A stretch of 64,000 bases of DNA. Origin: Hydrolagus colliei (lineage: Eukaryota). The number at the start of each line of letters is the position of its first letter. Within the stretch, counting starts at the first letter, position 1. Both the position numbers and the translations under genes were made by a program. A model generated the notes under the pieces. It made no database searches. It saw nothing but the letters and a program-made list of their open reading frames with translations, and had not been told where the DNA came from. This document shows positions 40,724-52,700 of the stretch, piece after piece. The stretch spans positions 11,036,001-11,100,000 of the forward strand of contig CM068762.1 in the NCBI GenBank assembly GCA_035084275.1, in the 5' to 3' direction.

Positions 40724-43700
40724 GTGAGTTGCTAAACCTTGTTGCGTTTTATTTATTGTTAATTTAAAAAAAAAATCTCTCTCTGTGTGTGTTTATATAT
40801 ACACACAGAGAGAGATTTTATTTATATATATATATATATACAGTATATATAATATGGGTCATTAATATTCGGTAGTTTATGTTTTTTGTGTCAATTCACT
40901 TGACTGTGTGTGTGTGAAGACCTGGTAAGGCCCCCTAATAATAATAATAATATTGTTATAATAATCTTTGCCTTTGATATAGCGCCTTATCACAGTCTTC
41001 TGGACTGCGTTTCCAATCGCTTCACGGAATGTACTGTTAAGTGAAATTGACTGTACAGTACATGTATTTTGTGGGCGAAACGCGGCAGCCGATTGCGCAC
41101 AGCAGCGTTTCCCCCCCCTCCCCCCCACACACAAACAGCCGTGGGTTGAAATGACCAATTTTATTATTGTGTTGTTTGGAGGGATTATAGTGTCTGTGTG
41201 TGCGTGTGCGAGTGAGGAAACTTGCCGAAGGTTTCGCCCTGACCTGGCTGGAATTGAACCCAGGTCTCTCGCTTGTAAGGCGAGTGCTCTAACCACTGAG
41301 CTACAGGAGCTCTATTGTCAAAATAGCAGAATTATTATTATTAATAATTGGGTGCAGGTATTGTTGGTACTGATTATTGTAGATATCACAGGATTAGCAA
41401 GGATTATTTATTACTTCGAGCTGTATCAACCGTTATCATTTATATAGAGCAATGATGCCCAACCCTGACGGTTGGTCAACAAAACAAATATAACAAAACA
41501 ATTATATACTTCTTGATTCACGTCATAAAGCGAGCAATACGCCCACAAAATATACAGTTCAGTCAGTTCCCTTTATGGTATATTCTGTGAAGCGCCTTGA
41601 GACGTCTAACAGACGTGAAAAGCGCCAAACCAAATGCAAGGATTATTATAATAAATATTGCATCAAGAGAAAATATGGACTTACCTAGACTTGACGGAAT
41701 AATTGTGGGTTGGGGTGTGGGAAGGCATTTAAATGCTGTGAGCCATAAATTGGCCACCACCGCACTTCAAAGTTAATCCTGCCCTGCACTTTTGAATGTC
41801 CTCCCTTCATTGAATGCAAAAGACTATGATTGTTTTTATGATGTTAGATAGTCTCTCACGGCTCTGAAATGCCTCCCCACACCCCAGCCACAGACATTTA
41901 ACTGAGTCTACGTAAATCCATGTTCGATCATTTTTTTTCTCTTGATGGAATATTTATAATAATAACACTTCTTCCTGTGCCGAATGCTTACCCTCCTTTT
42001 AGCTCCTGTTAATTGTAACGCTTCATTTGTAGATATAGTGCACAGTCTCATCTTATTCTGGGCTTCACTTTACTGAGAGTAACTTTGCTAACTTGATTAA
42101 TAATAACTTGCATTTGGTACAGTGCCTTTCATGCCTGAATAGTGCTGCACTCTGCTTCACCAGATATATTGTCATGTGTTGTTTATTTTGTAAGCAAGTG
42201 AAGCATTCAATTTGCCCAAGCAATATTCCACAAGCAGCCATGTAATCAGTGACTGATTTTAAAAAAATAGTGAGTTTTTTTAGAATCTATCTTTAAGCGC
42301 GAATGTACAAATGTACAGTGAAATTGTTTAATGGCCAAATCCAGAGATTATTTCTTTTTTTAAAAAGAAGTTGCTGTTAAACTATGTTCTTTTGAAGTGT
42401 TCTATGAACACTTGTAATATATATGGTGTAACTGTTTACTGTTGGGAGGAAACTGGTTTAACTCCTCTCTGGGTCTTTGGAAGTAGAAAAAAAGCTAGTA
42501 TCCCAGGGAAGTTGAAGGATGCTGGGAGTTTGAATCTATTATCCTTAATGCAGGGACAGCATAAATTATCCCAATGTTGGATGCTGTTTCAAAGCGGAGC
42601 CTGAGTTTGTTGGAAAGGTCACCAGCTCTGTAGTTACTGAATAATGCACAATATGGTGGGAGAATTGGGTTATTTAAATATAGTGATGATGTTTGTGGGC
42701 AGATGTGGAAAAATCTGACCTTGTGGTGAAGTGGCTGGGTTATCTTAACCATTCTGGTAGTGTAGTGATAAAACCACAAATGTTTGAAGAATAAAGAGCA
42801 CCCACTAGCATGTATGCGAAAGGACAATTATCTGCCTCATTTATAGATTGTGACCAAAATAACATGCAGTTTCATGTTAATATTTTTTGCTGTCAAAATT
42901 AACCTACATAAGATGCATCTCAAGGGCACCTGACCATGCATTTTAAGTTATGCTAACTTTGTATCACTACGTAGATCACATTTTGAATATTTTAATATTA
43001 TTTGGCGATGTTTTACTTTCAAAAGAAGATTGAATGATTGAAAATGGATGATCCTAGGATATAGGTATCTGTTAGAATCAGCTAATTTGTGTTTACATGA
43101 ATGGGATTAATTGTGTATATTCTAGGGATAATTATAGAGTTTTTTATAGAAGAAATGGATTCTAAATAGCTTTTATGCTTTCCTGGATCAAGGACCTTTT
43201 TCATCTTGCATCCATGTTTTTATTTGCCTACCAGAAAAACTAATGGTAGATGTAAGGTTAGGACATCCTCCTGACGTGAAAGGCGCTCTATCGATGTAAT
43301 TTTGTTTTGGATTTTGTTGTTTTTAAATTTGATGTGCTGTAATGTCATCTGGAAGTTCTGTACCTCATTTGACATCCTCCTCCTACAGTTTAGTTAAATT
43401 GACCATGGAATCATCCACTATAATCCCCTTATCCCTGACATTGTCTTTATGAATCTCTGCTGACTTTAATTACATGACTTTAATTAAATTGTAAATGAAA
43501 GAATATCTTGCAGCTATTGACCATCACTTTCTTTGGTAACAGAACTTTGGATTGCAAAATTATTTTATATCGTTGCACAGCATATTGTGACATGGAATTA
43601 AGTCATGTGGACCAATTAGATTATACTGGCATTCCGCAGGAGCCTCCATCCCTTATTGTGGAGGAAGTGGAATCGAGGGATTAGGAATATCAGTCCAAGG

Positions 43701-46700
43701 GTTGATATACCATTGAAGCCAAAAAGTATTTGAAGGGAGGGAAGCCTGCATATACTTAATGTACTTAATGTATATGACGAAGGGTTGGAGACCCGAAACG
43801 TTGACTCCTTTTCCTTTCTCCGTGGATGCTGTTTGACCTGCTGAGTTTCCCCAGCAACTTTTGTTTTTATTTTATACTTAATGTATGGTGAACAGTCAAA
43901 GTGGTAGGGCACGGTCAGTTGACAGACTGTGAATCAACGAAGATCTGGGACAGACTGGGAGAAAAGTGCTTTTAACAAACGACTACATTGATTCAAATAT
44001 ATAGAGGTGATATGAGAATAACGGCCATTCAATATCCAAACCAGGCATAAAACGTTGACTTGTACCCTTGGTATAATTGTAAAGATGACTGAAATCTCTT
44101 GTTGATTGCTTGAATTATTTGAGGTTTTATTTTCCAAGTGCAAATAGTCCATACTCAAGGTGGTATGGACTATTGATTATTCTCAATTTATGTTCTCAGT
44201 GAATTGAGAGCAAACACTTACATGCTTCCAGAAGATCAATAGTACTAATGCAGTTTTAAAGAACTAAAAAAAACACCAGAACTATCAGCTCTATACAGTA
44301 TTTGGAAACTGTCTCAAGTTAGGATGACGCTGATGATATTGGAATGCTGAATATTCCTTTACAGTTTGACTGAAACCTTTAATGTTGTGCCACATCTCAG
44401 GGAACTTGTACAGGAACCGTAACTTGAGCAACTGAGTTACAAAATTGTTGTATACTGTACAGTAGTTTCTTGCATATTTGTGTGCAATTATGAGCAATGT
44501 ATTTTGAAAAACGCAAAGACTACAGCTGAGAAAATCAAATGCAGTATTTGATACAGCACCTATAGTGTCTTCTCAGTTTGGTTCCTCATGATGGGATCCA
44601 TTTTTAATCACCTCGGATGTCATTAAAACCAAACTATCTTAATAGTTGAAATTTTTATTGGTAGACTTTTTCACAAAGTTAATTTTCAACCACATTTAAA
44701 AAAAAAAATCTGAAATGACTGATTTTTTTGTCATCCATGATTGGCTGCAATTCTGCTCTACAATTACTCTCTGCTAGATTGTAAGGACACTGGAAATGGG
44801 TTGGTTGTGATATCTTCTCTCAACCCTAAATATTTGCAAATATGTTTCTCTTGAAGTTTTCTTTTAGCTTCAGCTTTTAAGTAGACAGTACAGTATATAG
44901 GGACGCATGATTGTGTTATGGGCTTCAGTAAAAAGATTTGAAATCCAACTTGTGCATGGGGTAAGCACTTATTTTATTTGTATCCCAAAAGTGGGCCCGG
45001 CTAAAGGGCACAAAGTGTAGCATCATTTTCTAAGTTTGAAGGAATTTACTTCTAATACTAGGGCCAAAATTAGTTCTGTGCTTACAGAGTCCTGCCATCA
45101 ATGCAAGATGGGAGTGTTCCAAGTCAGAAATCCCTTGCTGAGGCAAATGTCTGCTCGTTTTAAAGTAAAATGTGAAATGTGCAGAGTGCAAAATAAAACA
45201 TGTGGGTATGTGCCTAATGCAGGAGGGCTTAGACTAAATCTAACTGATGATCCCTTTGGTCAACTTTTATGAAAGCAAGCTCCTACTAGATGTTGAAATG
45301 AGATATCGTTTGAGATGTCCAAGTTTCCATAATAATTATTGAATCCACAAGGATGGGACATCCTCCCGACATGAAAGGCGCTTTACAAATGTAATTTTGT
45401 TGTTGAATAGAAACCAAGCATTAGCTCCACTGCCTTACATTAATGGGGAAAATTAATGCCAGATCTAGGTACCATTACAGTTGACCAAGTTTTAAAGCAC
45501 TGTGTTCATTTCTTCTCCGATCCAGACACTACAAGGATGCATCTTGAAAGTCATGTCATAAGAATTTAAAACTTATTCAAGTCATGGCGCATTCCATTTA
45601 CATTCCTAAGGTAGCTTTTAAGTTCCTCCACTGTGGGTGATGTGTTTGAGTATGCATCAGAACTTAAAAATCTGCAGTTCCCAATGTTTTCAAATAGCTA
45701 AGTTTTAAGTCTCCCATGTCAGTGTTTGGATGCAGTTTGTTGGACACTCAGCCATCTCACTCCTGACTAGAGATGTTGCTACTTGACTGTATGTTTTAAA
45801 ATAACGCTACAATTTTTTAATATCATCAACAATAAAATCCAAGCATTCTCAATTCAGATTCAAACTGGTAAAAGCACAGTGAAAGTTAAATAGAGATATC
45901 AGTACAGGAACTTAAAACCCAGTTTGATAATTTGTTGTTGGCAAGATCCTAAGAAATTGCCACATTTTGAGAATGTTTGGATTTTATTGTTGATATAAAA
46001 AAATTGTAGCATTATTCCTTCTATGTAATACATTTAGTTTAGCAAATGTATTCACGTTGCGAAAGCATCTATTGTGTTGTAGTGAAAGATGAATCAACGA
46101 ATTACCGGTAAGCTATTTTAGCTTTTTAGTTTGTATCCAACCAGAAATGTCTGAGTATCAAACTTACCAGCTCCAGTTTGAGGTGGAATTTCCTTTGTGT
46201 CCACTTACCATGAACAAAAAGCTTACCCATTTATATGCAAAATAATTTGTTACCACATGTACAGCTGTATAGCTGTTTTCACATATTAAGGGAAGTTTAA
46301 GAGGACATTTATGATAGTGATCTGAAGTTACTGTTCTTTCGTTGTATCATAAGTTTTAAAATGTAAACTGTGTTCAAGATTAATGCATTTTTGAATTAAA
46401 GCTTCATGACCCTTATTTATTAAAGGATTGTTTCATTTATGGGTAACAAATTTGTTCTGCTGCATTACCTTTATTTATAACTACAAGTGTACAGTGATCT
46501 TTCTGTTTGGTACTTTTTTTGATCTAAGTACTTTTAATAGTTCTGCTTTCTAATTTTTAACAACATTTTTTTTCAGTATGAATTTGTAGATCTGAGTGGA
46601 TCTGTAACCTTGGCTTGGGTTGGGGATGGAACTGGTGTAAGTATTCTGCATTTTGCTTTTGGAGCATACATCAGCAACCATGGAAATTATGATTATGAGA

Positions 46701-49700
46701 GGGACGTTTCAATGTTTAGAGTATTTGTACCTCTCCACATACCCCTACCCCCAATCCCATGGATACTATTTCAGCTTTTGTTTCAAACTGCCATGAAAGC
46801 TAGTGTGCAATGAAAGATGAGCAAGCATTACACTATACTGCAGTGCTGTTAATGTGGAAACTGATCTGGTTTTTGAGATAGAATCTAGGCTTTGTCTTTC
46901 TGGCTCTGACGCAATGTTTTGTCTGGAGATAGTAATGCTTTAATTTATCCAGACAGCAGTTTAATGACCACTTTACTTAAATAATAATAATAATCTCTCT
47001 CCTCTTTTGCGCTTGGGGGCATTTGACTTGTATGCTTGTCACTTAAATATGATTTGCTCAGTGCCAGCCCTCTTCTGTAACTCATCTATCTAAGTGCTAA
47101 TGTTGGAATATTGCTAGTTAGTAGTGACAGGCTGTTTATCTGATCCTGTCTTTACCGAACATCCATAGTTCCAAACCTTCTAGTGAGTGTGAATTAGGGA
47201 ACGGCGATATATCGGTATATCGCTAAAACCCGATATGATTTTCATATCGGTATGCCGATATAGACATTTTAAAAATACCGATATATCGAAAAACGATATA
47301 TCGAGGTAAAAAATCGGGATGCGAGCACAATCAACTACAAGACCCAGAATGCTCATCTCTATACACAATGCACAGACCGAGGTGCAAAGCCGCCATCTTG
47401 TATTCATACTCCTCGAATACAATATACAGGTATGCAAGGGGTGGGGGGAGAGAGACGGCTGTGGGTGGGGGGGGTGAGGGGGAGAGAGACTGCTGGGGGG
47501 GGGGGGTGAGGGGGAGAGAGACGGCTGGGGGGGGGGTGAGGGGGAGAGAGACGGCTGGGGGGGGGAGAGGGGAAGAGAGACGGCTGGGGGGGGAGGGAGA
47601 GAGAGAGGGGGGGGGGGGGAGGAGAGGGCGAGAGAGACGGCTGGGGAGAGGGGGAGAGAGACGGCGAGGGGGGGAGGAGAGGGGGAGAGAGACGGCTGGG
47701 GGGGGAGGGAGAGAGAGACGGCGGGTGGGGGGGGGAGGGAGAAAGAGACGGCTGGGGGGGTGGTGGGGGAGAGAGACGACGGGGGTGGGGGGTGCGAGAG
47801 AGGGACGGCGGGGGGGAGAGACGGGGTGGATGTGATAATATACAGATAGATAGAGATGGGGGGGGATGTGAGAGAGGAGAGAGGGAGAGAGATATAGAGA
47901 GACACAGACAGAAAAACACAGAGATGGAGAGAGTGAGAGACACAGAGAGAGAAAGATATTTACCTCCTGAGAAGATAGGCCCCGAATGCGCGCGCACCCG
48001 GAATGCGTGCATGCATGCGCAGTACGAAAAAACTGAAAATATCGGTATTTCGGTATATCTCGATATGAGCCAACCGATATATCCATATCCGGAAAATTCC
48101 CATATCGCCGTTCCCTAGTGTGAATCCTATCTAATTTTCTCTCTCTCCTTCAACCATCCCCAAACCACAGTATGCTGAGCTTAATTTTCATGTATTTCAT
48201 ATTGCCTCTCCAGAGATCAGTTAATTCAGCATATGTCAGGAATTTGCAATTTTTAAGGAATTGATTTAAGTTTTTTTTCTATTCACAGGTGCTCTTGGCT
48301 TTAACGACTTTTCAGTTACCATTCTTAGGAATCCGCTTTGGGCAGTCAAGGCTCTACCGAAGGTAATGCATGATAAATTCAGAGTTACTACTATTCAAAT
48401 AACCCTTGCTCTTGGTATAGTGCCTTATTAAGTTGAAACATCTCAACATTGCCATTGGAAATCCAGTACAGTGAAAGCCCTTTATCCGTGACTCGATTAA
48501 CCGTATTGCTCAACCCCCTCCCAGGGCAATTCCCCATTCCAGCAATCGCGAGTATGCTCAAATTTCAGCTGTGCGCAATGCGTGCGCATACGCACTTGTT
48601 AAACTTACGAACTTGTAGGTTTTTACCGATCGGCAAAAAAATGCTTTTTGACCATGTGCTGAAATCTTTATTGGTAAGCAGCTATACAATATTCTATTAC
48701 TATTTAGTATATTATAAATATAGTATGTTTTAAAATAAGTACATTTTTTGTATTGGGTTTTCGGCCGATTATCCGGCACAGTAAATTAGTCGACCCCCCC
48801 CCCCGGAGCGTGCCAGATAAAAAGGCTTCTACTGTACTTGCATGTTCTAGGAGCTGCATTCGAAATATTTTATAAAAAGAATTTATTTGTTTATATATTT
48901 ATTTCAGTGAGAATTATGGAAAGAACTTTACTGATGTGACTCAACTCATCAATAACACCTTCATTCGCACGGAATTTGGAATTGCTATTGGCCCTGAGAA
49001 TTCGGGAAAGGTAAAATGTTTTCTTTATGTCATAGTAGCAATGCTGTTGTAGTATTTTTCCATGGAAATTATTTAATCTGGTGCTCATGTTCTCAAACAG
49101 TTGATTGGTGACAGATAGATGGTCCTTAAATTGTTCTTTAAACATAATTCAAAAGTGATGAAATTCCTTTTTTTAATAATGAAATTTAACTCAATCTTCC
49201 TCTGGCTGACCTTCAGGTAATTCTTACAGCTGATGTCTCTGGAAAGAGTGGAGGAAGGATTTTCAGATCCAGTGATTTTGGGAAGAATTTTGCCACGACA
49301 AATCTTCCTTTTCATCCACTAATTCAAATCATTTACCATCCCAGCAATTCTGAATACCTGCTAGCATTAAGCAAAGACGTAAGTATATTTCTAAAAATAA
49401 ATCTGTTATGCTGTTCAGAGTGCAGCAGGCTTCAATAATTAGTTTTCTATTCATTGTATTGATCTCGATTATGAATCTTATGGATTTTATTCTTCATGGA
49501 ATAAAATTAGCAAGCTGCTAAAATAAATAATAAAATAAAATCAGCAAGATACTTGGTAAACTGCACAGAAACTTTAGAATAGACTACAGAAAAGTACTAT
49601 AAGTTCCAAATAGGATAAAGTGCATATTATTTCCTTGTATATTCAGTTGATACCACAGGTTAAGAGACAGTTTTTTGTTATTAAATTGCTTACCTCAGTT

Positions 49701-52700
49701 ATCAGGAATGCAGAACATTAGAGTTGATTTAGATTTCTTCTAAAAGACCGTCTGAAAATCCAATAGTTTAGGATATTTATTACCAGAGATGGCTCAAACA
49801 TTTGTCATACTGTTGAGACCATGTAAAACCTTTATACTAGAAAATTTAATTTGATAAATTATTCATTTATGCTCAAGCATTTTTACTTTGAAAATTTTAT
49901 GTAAATAACTTGCAAAAGGATTGATTGACTGTACTGTATAAGAAAATTCACAATCATCTTATCTCTTGTTACTGACTGCAATTCACATTTATTTCTTTGA
50001 ACCTTTTGCAATATTCCAGAATGTGTTGTGGCTTTCATCCAATTTTGGTGAAACATGGAAGAAAATTCATAACTTTGTCTGCCTTGTTAAATGGTAAGTT
50101 TAATAAAGCTTGCTTGCAGTAACATATTCACAATTATATATTTTCACAATTAAGAAACCCAAATGTGTGCTTTACTTTATGCAAACTAAAGAAAAATGCA
50201 TTTAGTAAAAAAAAATATATTTGATTGACTCCATGTGGCATAGATATAATGGAAATGGAACACATGGGGTGGGTAGCAAAAAGGCACTCATTAATAGTTG
50301 TGGGGAATATAAAGTTCAGTTTATCTTTCAGCCTTACAATGATTTGAATGCATTAAGTGCCATCTACATTTTGTTCAAGCAACTTTTTTTTTAAAAAAAG
50401 CAACCATATCAATCCACGAAAAATATTGTGGCAATTTTTAAGATGGTCAGTAATGATATTCAGATTGTCTTCTTTTAATTCCAGGGGGCCAAATGATGCA
50501 ATATTCTTCACAACACATGCTAATGGCTCTTGTAGTAAGTAATATGGATACTTCATATTTAAATCCTGCCTCCTATTGCTTTAGACATCATTTGCAATCA
50601 TCTTAAAGGTGACTAATTAACAATTCTACGGAGTGTGATATTAAAAGCTACCCGTGTGAACTGAGCAAGCCGGGTGTTGAAAGACCAATTCAAATCTTTC
50701 AAGAGACGTCAAGCAGTCTGAATTAAGGGTATCCTGGAAACTGTTTACATTTTTAACCAGCATCATTTTAGGAAAACATTTCGCCGTGTGGAAACTAGTT
50801 CTGCCAAGTATTGTAACTGATCAAGATGATATTGCTGCACAACATTGCATTACTATATTATTTTGAGCTGTTTTCAGTTGCCAGGGGGCTGTTGGACCTT
50901 AAAAGAACTGATGATTTTGCGAAAACGTTCAAGGTGATTGGAACCAAGATTTACTCTTTTGGATTGGGCGGACGTTTCCTCTTTGCATCAGTTATGACCA
51001 ACAAGGTAAAGGTTTATCAACTCAAAATGGGCCTCATCATTTAACACCCAAATAACGGTCCTGAAAATATATAGAGATATATAAATATACAATAAATATT
51101 ATTAGACTTGGATGTATACTTACCATTTAACCTCAGCCTTTCCGTACCCTGATTCTATTGTATGAGATCTGGTATTGTTATGCAGCTCATTCTGACCAGA
51201 TAATGATTTACATACATACTACATACTTCAATGCTGATCTAAAATGATAATAATAATCCTTGCACTTGATGTACCACTTTTCATGTTTTCTAGACGTTTC
51301 AAAGCACTTCACATAATATACTGTAAAGTGAATTGATTGTATATTTTTGTGGGCGAAACGCGGCAGCCAATTGCGCACAGCAGTGTCCCGCAAACAAGTT
51401 GTGAATTTTAGTCCAATATATTATTGTTTAAGCATAGTTAGTGTTTAGGTGCAATGTGAAGTTGGTCAGATGGAGCAGCAGTAAGAAAACATGTAATTGT
51501 GAAACTAAAACATGGCCACATGGACACAGCTGATTTATTGGGAAAATTCTGTTCTTCAAATGTCATGATTAGCCGAATGCCACCATTGAGATGAAAAGGG
51601 AAGATTACGGAAAATAAATACAAACAGCAAAAACAAACTTGCATTTCACAGTATCTTGTCATTGCGTGTCTCCCTCGTCAGGCTCTTAAATTATGATATT
51701 AAATTAGAGTATTTGTACATTTAAAATGTTTAACAATTCTGTTAATTGGTTTTTCTTTTGTTCTATAATCTTCTACAACTTACTGATGAGAAAATGTTTG
51801 ATTATATTGTCGTTGTGTAGGCCAGTTTAAGGGCAATCCATGTGTCCATGGATCTTGGAGAGACTTGGAATATGGCACAGTTGCCTCACGTTAGTGCTGA
51901 ACAGTTCTACTCCATACTGGCTGCAAATGATGACATGGTATTCATGCATGTTGATGAACCCGGTGGTAGGTCTTTGGACTAGATATTATTCAAATCCGAT
52001 AAGTTGTACTATTATAAGCACATCTCTTTTTGTATGCATTCTTCAAGAGAAATCTCATGATCAAAATCTCTTTGAACACTAAATCCATATTTAAGATAAG
52101 GAGGATAAACTTATGATACACTTTTTGAGAGAATTGGGTCAAGTCTTTGGGTGGGGTGGGGGGGGCGGGTAGGTTTTCATTGAATGCTGATGAATTCAGA
52201 CGGTGATGCTTTCATGAGTTGGTAAGATTTAATGGTAGCAGTGAATTTAGTTAACATGCACAGAGCTTAAGTGCCCAGGGGTTGACTGTAATGCTGTTAA
52301 TTCAACTCCCTCCCTGTTAGAGCTGTAAATGTTTGTGCCAGTAACTGTCAGAACTAGATGCTTAAATAATGGTTGCAAATAATAAAACATTGGAAATGAG
52401 TCAAGATTCACTGCAAGAGCTTGGCATTTACCTCGGCGATAGGAGGGAGAGGCATTACAAGTGTTGCTGGTTATGAATACAAATGTTAAAGCTGAAATGT
52501 TTAATTCACAAATACCGCACCATTAACAAATATTGTTTTCTTTCAGATACCGGCTTCGGAACAATCTACGTTTCAGATGATCGTGGAATCCTCTACTCAA
52601 AATCTCTGGAGAGACACCTGTACACAACAACTGGAGGAGAGACAGATTTCACTAACGTCACTTCACTGCGTGGAGTGTATCTTACCAGTGTGCTTGCTGA

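Noticed and set aside
47180-48118. Several 100-250 aa Pro/Ser- or Gly/Arg-rich ORFs
   Set aside because: These are translations of the G-rich tandem repeat inside the hAT element; no transposase motifs.
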